Shown here one piece after another: positions 13,601 to 25,600 of a DNA stretch of 64,000 bases. How positions within the stretch are numbered: position 1 is the first letter of the stretch; the number at the start of each line of letters is the position of its first letter. The stretch comes from Antedon mediterranea (taxonomy: Eukaryota > Animalia > Echinodermata): contig NC_092670.1 of the NCBI RefSeq assembly GCF_964355755.1, positions 31,360,388 to 31,424,387 of the forward strand. The letters run 5' to 3'. The notes under the pieces are model-generated. The model did not search any database and was not told the origin of the DNA. It saw only the letters and a program-made list of their open reading frames with translations. The position numbers and the translations under genes are program-made.

Positions 13601-16600
13601 TTGATCACTTTATTTCAGAATAAAAATATATATTATACATATTATACAACAAATAATACAAATGGAATTTAGTGAAGAAATTTGAAGATCGTATTAATTT
13701 TGTTATGATAATTAAAATATTATTTCAATTGTCATTGTAATAATCATGTGGATGATGATTAATAATGTTAAACTTAGATAACATGATGATGATGATTTTA
13801 ATTTTTCATTCACTATTTTCAATATTTGGCCAAAATGTAGTAGTAGCATAAAGTAGTGTAAATAGGGAAAAATTATTTGATGTAAAAGAAATAATGTCAC
13901 GTTGAAGAAGATAGATAGAGCAGCACCACTAATAAACAGTAATAAAAGTAATATTTCAAATTTTAATTTAACAAATTAAACTTTTTTTTTGTCTTTTATA
14001 GTGTTGGATACTTTTAATTTATATACTTGGAAAGCGATATCTGTTGCTTCCCCATCAATTTACTACAAATCTAGTTTTTGCACAGGTAAGTTAAAATGGT
14101 CCCAAACTCCTTTATTAATAATCACATTTAAATACAGTCTTTAACATAGTCTAACAAATATACAACAACTTTATTAGTCTTGGTATTTTGGATATACTGT
14201 ACAGCATTTTGTAAAGTATATTTGAACTAGATACAAATTTGATATCACTCACTTTGCATACAAAAAGAGTATTCACACCGATTGGAATATTTATATGAAG
14301 AAAACTAACAATAGAGTTCAACCTGCATAAGCTGACCTTTTTTTACCCACTTGTGTCAATACCCCTAGCCTGTTTGCCGTTTATCTAGAAAAATCGGTTA
14401 GCATAATAGTATCGGCAAACGTTTGTCTGAAATAACAGACAAATAGTTTTAGGGCCTGTTTCTGCTGCAACTGCTCAAAATACGGTATCAAAATACGGTA
14501 TAAAATACGGTATTTTTTATACCGTATTTTTTAGTACCCCGTTTCTGCTAACAATACTTCTTGGGTGGTCGTGTTAAATTTCATCTTTTTTACCCAAATT
14601 GCCATTCATTAATTTGATCGATAATTAAAAGTCGCAATAAAGGAAGTTTTACGTCTCACTTTCAACAGCCTAGCCCTAGTGATAGAGATGTTGTGAGAGC
14701 ACAGAAAACATCGTAATGGGGACAATTAATTCGTTCCCTCCCCGAGTTATTGTATTTTGCAATGTTGTACTGCTTTCGCAGGCTCTTCAGCTTTGAGTTT
14801 ACTTGCTTTGGAGACAAGTTTATTCCATACTCCTGCTTTATTTTTTTAGAAATGTCTTTATAAATGTGGTTGTCCCTTTTATTACCTTTTAGTTGGTCAG
14901 ACATTTTAGTTTCCCCACACACATTTATTTAGTAAAACTGTGACGTCTTTGCTCCACATTTTCGCCGAATATATCTATACATGTGTGTAAAGCAGCTAAC
15001 AGCGACAGAAAATAAAAACACGAATGGTGACCTTTTGTCATGTAAAAAAAAAATACGGTATTTTTTATTGGCAGCAGAAACGGGTACAAAAAATACGGTA
15101 TAAATTTGTAAATACCGTATTTTATCCACAAATTTTGTGGGGAAAATGCGGTATACAAAATACGGTATATTTTTTATGAGCGCAGTTTCTGCTGCCAAAA
15201 ATATACCGTATATATACGGTATTCAAAAAATACCGTATAATATACGGTATTTAGTTGGCAGCAGAAACAGGGCCTTAGTCTAATTGTTAAACTCTTTCTC
15301 ACTATCTTATGCAGCTGTATTCCATATATATTGATAAACACACAGAAGTTATTTATATAACAAGGAAGTAGTCTTTTTATCTGAATATTATAATATCTGT
15401 AGAGTGTTTTATTTGTTTCATAATTTGAATTACATAACTAGTATCTTATCCAAAATTATATATTTATTCAATTTGGAGTCCTTATCTTTGAAAAAAAAGT
15501 AGTGTTTGTTACACTATTAATGCGCAATAGATACATTTTTAGTGTACAAAAATTAAACAATTCGTCAATATCTTGTAGGATTTAAAGTAATAGTCCATTA
15601 TCATCATCATACAGTTAATTACTATGGAAGCAAATTAATACCAAATTCACCATCAATTTCAATATTTAAGGTTGCGCTAACAAAACACTTTGTTTCTTGT
15701 TATGTATAGTTTATTTGTATTTCCAATTGTTTAAATTTCTTGTATACAAGGTTCTCTATATATAAATTATGCTTATTTCAGGAATACAGACACAATGTAA
15801 AATGCACTAACTCCTTGTCTCTTACTCACCCTAGCTGTTTGTTCCATGTGTACCACGACAGTTTAGAAGGCCTATACAATATTGTTTCATATTTCTGTCT
15901 TGGGTTTAAAACAACATTTCTGATATCATCGTTAAATTTTTAACCGCCAGCGGTAAAGATAGTTTCGGGTCATCACTTTGCGACTTCTGGGTTTTTTGCT
16001 GCCTTCTCTAATCTCTAGTATTTTAAAGCTGAAGCTGTTCATGAAGAGATTATTATAATTAAAACTTTCTAATCTGTTACTTTATAGATGTTGATGTGTA
16101 TTGGTTATATCCTAATGATGTCATGGGAAAACTGTGTATATTGGCAACATCTCATTCAACACACTGTGTTCCTTGTGGGTGTCTTCAGCTCTCGGTGCTG
16201 GACAGCAATGGTAGCTGTGTCTCTGTGTATGTTGCGATGCCGTAGTACCTGCTTTGTTCTACAGAACAAGTTCTGGATTTACTTCTATGGATGGGGGTAA
16301 GGAAAGCGTTAGTAAACTAAAGCCTTGTTCGCACTGGACTTGAAATTTAACCATGGTAACTTTAACCAATGACAACAACAAATTTGACTATTGTTCGCAT
16401 CTGGATATTTTCATGCAATTAACCTGGTGAAGGTCATGTGTTAACTTTATTTGCATGTTTGAATTGGACTTTTTAGGCAGCGTGGTTAGTTTTACAGAGA
16501 TCAAGTTCTACTATGCAGTCAGCTGTTGGTAAAAGTTACCATTGGACTTGGTTATTTAACCCTGAGGGAATTGTAGCCAGTGTTCGGATTGGATTTTCCT

Positions 16601-19600
16601 TTGTCATTTTAGCTGGCAACTAGGTTAATTTGTCCAAAGTTCAGTATGGTCAAAGCTTAATTTAACTTTGTTGATGATCTGATTAATGATTTTTTTAGCG
16701 CCATTCTCATTCATGGCACTGTAAAAAAGGATCAGACCAGGTGAGGGACTTCAATGATGAAGAGTGTCTAATATGTAAAGGCAGTTTCAGAGCCTAGGTC
16801 CAACAGATAGATCTCCCAGCTATTTTGGCAGATTCAATCACTTCTCTCCAAAGTTCAAACTGTGGTTGAAAATTACTACATATTTAAAGCATCAAAGGCA
16901 AAAATTCATAAAGTGAATAAAATATATAATAGTATGAATTTAAATAAAAAGGGTATTATTGTGTTTTCTTTTTCAGAGTACCTATGGTTGTAGTTGGAGT
17001 TTTAATTAGTGTCAGTAATTTAAACGATGATATGCTGTCACCTGTGTTTGGTTATGGCAGGTCACAGGTAAACTATAGGATGATGATGATACCTCAAGCT
17101 TGATTCCCACTTAACGCAACATGAGGGCATAACCAATCACGATGTGATGAATCATCTGAACTGCAAATGTGATTGGTCAACTCACTCACCTACATTGTTG
17201 CATCCAAGTGGGAACCACGCTATAGGTGCAAACCAGATTGTGGTCAGAGTATGATCTTGATAATTGTGTGCAATGTTACAATCGCTATTGTAGAAAACAC
17301 CAGCTAATGTTGAAACAACCGTTAATGTAGAACAATCAACTTCTAATGTAGTGAAACCTCCAGTTAATGTAGTTAACAACATCTTATGTAGTAAATACAA
17401 ACTTAGGGAGATTGCCTACGATGTATAGTCATTTTAGAGAGTATGAGATGGTGATGCGTGTGACAGTGGCGTAACAGGCGGGGGGGCAGGGGGGGCGGAA
17501 TACCCCCCTGGCGGATTTTACCGGGTTGAGAAGCGTTCGATCGGGCTGGGTAACAAGTGTAATATAATGTTGCGTTGTTGAGGTACTAATGAAAGACTCT
17601 AACTCGCTTGACTGTCGTAACACTATATTGTTTATTCAGTATAATACTTCAGTACAATATACAACTATAAGTATACATAAGGAACGGACGATCAATGATG
17701 CTGTCAGTGAGGTGTGGTGTGTGTAGGTCTGCTTCTGGAGAAGTGGTTGTAAGGTGTGTCTGGGCCCTTCTGAAACCTGGGGGTATATTGGCTCAGTTCA
17801 TTTGCATAATGTCATTACATCATCTGTGAGGGTAACGATTGGTCCTAAGTTGATCCAGGGGTGTTTAAGTGGGAGTGATTAACGGTGTCATAAGGTATTT
17901 CTGTGATGGATGACACTGTCAAATCTGTACTTAAATAGTGTCGATCACTCCTGGTTTTAACGATGGGAAAGTCACAAAATTAAGCTAAGTGTTTTCTTTA
18001 GGGACTCTATTATAAACTAAATGGTCGTTAAAACATCTGGACAAACTCTCCTTTGGACTTTCTGGGTCAAGTTTGTGAACCTATCTGAATTCCGATACAA
18101 AGGTCAATTTCTTAAATATAAAAGTATATCTTTATATCACATCCCTCTGTTTCCCTTTTTTTTTTCTAATCTATTTAACATATAAAAATGGTTATAATAG
18201 TGGCATGCAAAATTAAAGTTATATAAAAGAAAAAAACATTATTATACATATAAGCAAAAATTGAGTTAGCCAAAACCATTGACTCTGAAGTGTAACCTTA
18301 TCACTTTCACTCTCTCTCTTCTCTCTCTTTAAAAAATGAAATTAAAATTGAATTTGGTATAAAAATTCCGGAATTTATATAAAATTTTAAAACAAAAAAT
18401 GTATATAAAAAAAACAAAAGTGTTCTTCAAGATCGACATAATTGTGGGTCCGTTGCTTTGGAGGCATGCTACACTCGGATTACCGAAATATAAACATCAC
18501 AACGGTTGGGTTTCCCTAAAAAACATCGGTCAAGAAGTCGACTCCCGTTAATTATTTGAAATAGAAAAAAAAATTTTATAAAGGATAAATTGAAATCAAT
18601 CGGTGGGTTTATATAATAATCGATAAAAACGGAATGCACTCCACGGTATGTCCAACATGTAGGTAGTTGTGTAAGGGATCTCATTCAAATATACCATACC
18701 GCAATTCAAGCATTGGTATTTCTTGTTGAGGGATATTTGTTGGCAATTTTTGTGAAAAAATGTTCCGCAGCATTTGTTGATTGTACAGTCAGTATGAAAG
18801 TTTTTAATTTCGGGGTTACATTGACAAATTTGGCAGGGGGTATCTTGGTATTTATTTTCCAGGTACTGCATGTTACGAATGTGCGAATATAGTTTTTTCT
18901 TATATTTAGTTACAACATATCCAAATGGTGAGTGTTCGCTAGGTTTTAATTCGTCTTGGGGTATGATGCCTGTTTGTTGTCGGACTCTTGAAAAAAATGC
19001 TGTGCATTGTGGGGCTTTGATGTCTTTTGTAATTGCTAAGAGCAGGAGGGTCATAGAATAAATATGTTGTCTGTGAAATTCATGTGTGTTTGGTATACAA
19101 GTGGCGATGCCGTCTAGATTAATGGAAAGGTCGATTGTGGAAAAGTCAAGTAGGGCTGGTTCACTCTTATGCTTCCAAATGTAATCTATAATGGGGGAGG
19201 ACATTTTGTCGAAACAACATAAATAACTGCCAATGTGTAAAAGGGTATTTAATTTGAGGTTTGTCAGTTGGTCTGCTGGACGGATGTCGCAAAGGAATAA
19301 TAAAACTCTTTTCAAGGAATCTAAAGTAAATGGCATCGTTTTGGTAATATGGAGAATTACGTTTTGTTCGCTTTGGTAAAGGATTATCTTCTTTATAAGG
19401 GCACATTCTGTGGACAGGGGCGTCATTTGAATTTTGTGTTTTAAGCATAACTGTGTAACGTCAAGCTTTTCGGATTCCATTTTAGGGGGAAATTTGGAAT
19501 TGACTAAAATTACGATAAATAAAATTAAAATGTATTTAAAATAAACAATATTAAACTAAATAAACGATATAAAACTCAAACAATAAAATTTTAAGTTCAA

Positions 19601-22600
19601 CTATTATAACAATCTCACAAAAGTAAATTAACTTATAATTCGACAGTAAATACTGTATATTTGATACGCTCGTGCGACTTATTTATAGTCTGCCCATCCG
19701 GTTGTTTATATATATAGCTCGTAATTGGCTCTACTCCTCCCTCGAGCGTTAATCAAACGTCAATTGGTCAAATTTAAAGAACTTAAAAAATTTAAAAAAA
19801 ATAAAATAAAATACAAAGAAGGGATAGAAGAAAGAAAATATAAGATAAGAATAATATATACGATATATGATATGGCTTCAAATGAGTCACAGTACAGTAT
19901 GATATTCAAGTAAGATGATATGAAATACACAAAATCCTGACTGACAACTCGTGGGAAGACGCACTGCTTATCAGTACATTAACATGCGGTCAGTTGACTG
20001 TGGTTTTTGGCGTCTTTTATCTAAGCCGCCATCGCGGGCATCTCATACACAATTGTGACGCTGTGCGTGTGAGGCCACCTTAAAAAAATACACTCCTACT
20101 AATCGTATGTAACGCGCTAGCGATCAGCAAAATGAACGTACTTTCGTGGCTGGCTGTCACTCCAATACTCAATCTTTCACAGGCATACTAACACAACACT
20201 ACGATTGTTTACTACAGGTCTAGTCAAGCCTTAATAAATTTAATTAATATAAATCGACATAAGAATAATAAAGTATATTTTAACTAAAATATAAAAACCT
20301 AACACTAAATTTACAAGATAAATTCTATTTGATAACTGCTGAACATCGTGGCACAGAGCATAGTTGTTTGCTTGACATAAAAGGGTATTCCCCTACACAG
20401 GTCTCTGCGTGCGTGTGACGTGCCCAGCCAGCTGCTTGATAGTATAGAGAGAAAGCATGCAGCTCACGCAAGTGCAAGGTGCAATGGTTGAGTGAATTCA
20501 GGGATCACCTTAATTCCATGGTTTGTTACCTAAACACCACATGATGGTGAATATGCCTGTTAAAGTCTCAATGATACGATCCCTTAATGTACCATGTTGT
20601 TGTTAGGAGGCTTAAAGGGAGGAGGGATCTAGCCTAGTTTCGGTCGGCAAGAGAATGCCTTCCTCTGACAATTTAAGGTCGGCAATTGAAATTCGTGGGC
20701 TGGAAATTTCACCAAATTATATAGTTCATAAACAAAAGAGTTTAGCCGGAAATGCGATTTGCGGCCATACATAGGCCTATAGAGAAAAAAAAATTCGAGG
20801 GTATGGTTCCACTAAACAATTTAACGATCCACCCCGCCGTCAAACCTGGTTACGGCCCTGTTTCAGTCTTCTAACCGGAAAAATTACTACCTTTGCCAGG
20901 TGCGGATCCAATGTTAGATTGGGTTTTCACATGTTCAAATGTTATGTCACCTGAGTTTTTAACGGTGGAAAATGTACGATCATTTTGCTGATTGCTGTGC
21001 AATAAATGGGAGTGTTATTTCCAGGCCAACTACTACTAGTTAGGCGCCATTTATCATGAATTTTATGTGCGAGAGTACCATTTCCGACGATCTAGGGGTG
21101 TCATTTACCAAAATTCGCTTCGCCACAGCCCCCACCATGGGGGGGCTGTGGCTCAAGGATTTTCCCCTCTTTGCCCCCGCCTGACAAGACCCCCTTGTTA
21201 CGCGGCTGGCGTGTGATGAAATGGCCACTTTTTGAAAGTCGGTAGCTTGTGATAGGTGGATAGGAGTGTTGACAAAGTGCGAGGCAGCGAGGCATGCCAA
21301 ATATTTGTGCGAGGCATCATTTTATCATTTCCAAAAGTCCGAGGCATGCGAGGCATATAGTTTACAATTTCAAAAAGGTGCGAGGCATATCTTAACATGC
21401 TATTATGATATATTATAGGCCTAATAATCAATCGATACAAGCGTATCTAAATAGATTCGTGTATACACTCATCATGTTGTTTATTTTTATGTAACGATTG
21501 TTTTTTCATTCAAGTCATATCGTGTCAAATTTTACTTTTACAAAAGTGCCCAAACTACGGTTCAAAAATCTGAACGACAGTCTTCAACTTTCGATAAACA
21601 ATAATTGTTATAGCGACACACTCATCAAATGATTGCAATGTTTGTTGGCATTTTGAGCGTGTTCACTCACATGTCTCTCGAACATAGCAGAGTGAAAATA
21701 ATATTTTGTCACACCACTGCGCCTAGATCCGGTAGACCCGAGAGATGGACAATCCCTCTTTACTATTTAGCAGGTAGCGGAATGATTCAGCCCTCAGCTC
21801 AGAGGATTGTGGTGCATTCCCCTCCTATAGCACGTGGTTTCAGCAGCAACGCACAGACTTCTCTCTGAGCGGCGTGCCAAAGACATTTTTGACATTCCAT
21901 TCTCTAGGAACAACACGTGTACCTCTCTCGCAAATAAGGTGAACAGCGATTGCCAGGACAAGTTCAATAACTGGCGGTGAATAAAAGGTAACTGATATGC
22001 CGATCCAATAACATGCCGCAAAGAAAAAAATTGCGACAGAATTCTGGAGCGCGTGTGAAAAAAGACTTACGTTCGACAATTGTAATACTAGGCCTAAAAT
22101 TAAACTTTAGCTAATATGCTTAGCCCTAACCTAGATAAGAGGCCTATGTAGAAAATAATTTAATCAATTTTGATAAAATAATAATTGGTGTAATATTTAA
22201 TAATGATACACTATTCCTGTTTTAGTAAGCTAGGTATATTACGAACGATTTTTATTTATTGTTGTCCATGTACGTACTAATAAACCTGGCGCTAGTTTCC
22301 TTCGCTTGTATTTTTACTCCAAATTTGATAACTAACTTTATCGTGTGAATACCACACCTTAGCAGTATACCTCATGAGTACTTTAATGAAAGAATCACAT
22401 AAAAAGTAACAAATAAATCCTTAAATTAATGATTTTACAGGCGTGTTTCTCGCACACTGTTCGCGAATTTCACTTATTCAATGTTCAATATTTTTGTTTC
22501 TATGGAGCGCCAAAAGAGCAACGATAATAGAGGACTAAAACTCAGTGGAATGCGTCAATTTCTCATGCATTTATTGGTGAAAAACACGTTTTATTTCAAT

Positions 22601-25600
22601 ATATTTGTTAATTTGTCAATAAAAATGTTGTAATATGTTACTGCTGATACTGTTCTGTTTTCAAAGAATAATAATCGATCCTAAATCAACATCACTACCT
22701 AGTCTAGACCTAGGACATCCTACTAAGGATATTATGATGAATTTTTCTATTTTATTCTTTAAAAGGTTAACGAAACCGTGTACATTATCAACAGTAACAT
22801 TTTTCCTTACTGACAGTGACAAAATCTATTGAAATTGTACTTGATTTTCACCAAATAATGCGTTAAATATAAATGGATTCCACAGAGTTTTTAGCCCTCT
22901 AATTAATTTTGCTCTTTTGGCGTTCCATAGAAACCAAAATATTGAACATTGAGTGTGCGAAATGCGAGAAAAACAACGTCTGTAAAATCACCAATTTAAT
23001 GGATTTATTGTTACTTTTATGTGATTTTTCTTCATTAAAGTAGGCCTACTAATTCTAAGCTGTGGTATTCAGGATAAAGCCTTGGTTAAATTACAAGGCA
23101 GGTGCAAAAGGAAACTAGCCTAGCGGGCCTAGGCCTAGGCTACTTCAATTTCGGTGATTTCCTGCCTTGCAATTTTGAGAAATGATAAAATGATGCCTCG
23201 CATTTTTTGATGATGGTAAAACGATGCCTCGCATAAATTTCTGACTTGCCTCGCATGCCTTCCCTGCCTCGCGTGCCTCGCTGCCTCGCACTTTGTTACT
23301 ACCCGGTGGATAGACTGATAGCTAACAAATTTAGACATAGGTTTTGTAAAATATATAACATTTTCTACTTTTGCTGGCAATAGTAACTGCATTAACTGTT
23401 GACCGTTCTACATTAGCTGGTGTTGATTTTTATTTACTACATAATCTGTAGTGTTTCCAGTGGCGTATCCCCCCCCCCCCCCTGATTTTGTGTCAGTCGG
23501 CACATCATCGCGTCCGTCAGCAAATAAAGGTGCCGGGGAAAAAAATTAAGTTAGGAAAATAAGAATAAACTATTATTCTGACAATAATTGAGAACTGTAA
23601 ACATAATTCTTTTGAGTGTTTGTTTATTTACATATCATATCATTCCCTTCAGATCAACTATTTTTTATTTTCATTACATCTAACCAAACACGTAAAAAAT
23701 GTGGTTAAAATATCTTATCATCTACAGTAGCATCTATACGGCCGTACGCACTAGATTGTTTACTCAAAAGTCTTTGAACGGACCGGTGACCTTACCATAT
23801 TCAACCTTGTTTTTTTTGTATGTCTTCCTACGCTAAGATTATATATTTCCACATGCCATGTGCTTTTTTGTCTAAGATATATTTATTATAAGTGCCAAAA
23901 ACCCAATTTTTTTCTCGATATGAGGCCTTCATTATTCAAAATTTTTAAAGAAAAAGCACACATACCATAAAAAATATCCATGTATTTCATTTTTGGAACA
24001 GAATATTCCGTGAGGCTCAACTACAAAACCACCATTTTGTGATATGATGTCATCGTAAGCCAATCAAAACTGAGCTTTCTCGCGATTGGCATTGCTCACG
24101 GTTGAATGATTTTGGATTCTAGCTGATTTGATTGGTGGATGCGAATCACCCGCAGCGGAATGTTTTCTCTCGCGCGTGTACCATGAATCTCTCTGATCGT
24201 TACTACACAAAGTTAGAGCAATGAATTTGCCCGAATTCTGTTAATTCTGGTAAACAACTTTATATATTTTATAAGCATTTAATAACATGTTTTATTGATA
24301 TTTCCAATGGTGATATATAGAATAAATTACTAAAAAACGTAATTATATGTAATTATTTTAACCAAAAATGGCGTAGTTAATAGAATTGTCGACTGAGGCC
24401 GCGATGTTTTAGACCCTATATTTCGAAAACTACAAGTCAGATTTTCCTAATTCTTTCTTTATACTAACAGATAATGTTGGTTTGGTTTTAATTTTGCAGC
24501 GTTATCCCTATAAGACAACATGACTCATGACTATGCAATCCTAGAACATATATTGATCAGGTATATGTACAGATAATGACAATAATTTTGTCGGCAAAGT
24601 TGCAAATTCCCGTCCCCCTCCCAACTTCAAAATCCTGAATATGCCACTGAGTGTTTCTACATAAGCTGGAGGTTTTACTACATTAGCGATGGATTGTTCT
24701 ACATTAACGATTGTTCAGACATTAGCGGTTTTAACATGCAGGCATTAAAATCTATCAAAAATAATAATAATACAGTGTTTAAATGAAAAGAAATTTCACT
24801 GAAGAAATTATTTTGAATACTTTTTTGTTTTAATACAGTTAATAACATCATCAGTGTTTTTGATACTGAATATTGCGCTGACGATTATCCCGTTGGTGGT
24901 GCTACAACGACGTGATAGATTCCAACATTCTAAATATGAAGAACTACGTGGCGAGTCATATGTGCGAAATCCTGAATCAGATAATTTACTTGAGTCTTCA
25001 GAAGATGAAGGTACTTATACTTGTTGTTTTGTAAAGCTCTTTTTACAATATAAAACTAAATTGACAAAAATATGGTAATGATATGATATCATCATGTCCA
25101 TATATGGGTACATCACATTTTTTTGTCTCATACAGTTTAATAGTGTAGACAGAGCTTAAGAGGCATTACCTAAAAATGTAAATATTATTATTATAATAAA
25201 AATAATAATGATTAAAGCTGAAATAATTTGAACCCATTGCAGCCAGCAAAGATAGCACACAAGAAGTCTATTCTCTATACTATAACCATTGATGGCTGTA
25301 TAAGGTTGAATCTACAGTATCTTATTTTTCAGCTTCCATTCATTGATCCTTTAAAGTAATAAATAAGACACATGTAATCTTTTAGATGATAGTGATTCAA
25401 GTCAAGAAAAGATCACCAGTTCATACCAAACAAAAGGAGTCATTGACATAGAAGATATTGGCAAAGACCACAAAAAGAACCTGAATATCCAGATGTGTTC
25501 AGGGGCTACGCAATGCTCACCACAACAACGGGATCAATGCCGTAGTATCTTGCAAAAGCGAAAAAGATACTGGCAACACCTTAACCTATTCATGAGCATG

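Larger units (their letters stand above)
17464..21208. mobile_element. Non-autonomous hAT-type DNA transposon containing the LTR fragment
   Basis: Ends CAGTGGCGTAAC and GTTACGCGGCTG. Exact 8-bp TSD GCGTGTGA at 17456-17463 and 21209-21216. A second hAT-like right end (GTTACGGCCCTG) at 20849-20860. No transposase. Confidence 0.85.
17274..24736. mobile_element. Outer foldback element with TAATGTAG-repeat arms, host of the nested insertions
   Basis: The left arm (17274-17400, CCGTTAATGTAGAACAATC..TAATGTAGTGAAACCTCCAG) is inverted at 23390-23457 plus 24650-24736. The right arm is split by the 23458 hAT. Confidence 0.7.

Noticed and set aside
17558-17819. 262-bp solo LTR (TGTAAT..ATTACA)
   Set aside because: No TSD or polypurine tract at 17819. 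The boundary at 18141 has a longer inverted repeat and an abutting purine tract.
18596-19480. env gene or hAT transposase
   Set aside because: No signal peptide, transmembrane anchor, DDE motif or hAT dimerisation motif is visible.
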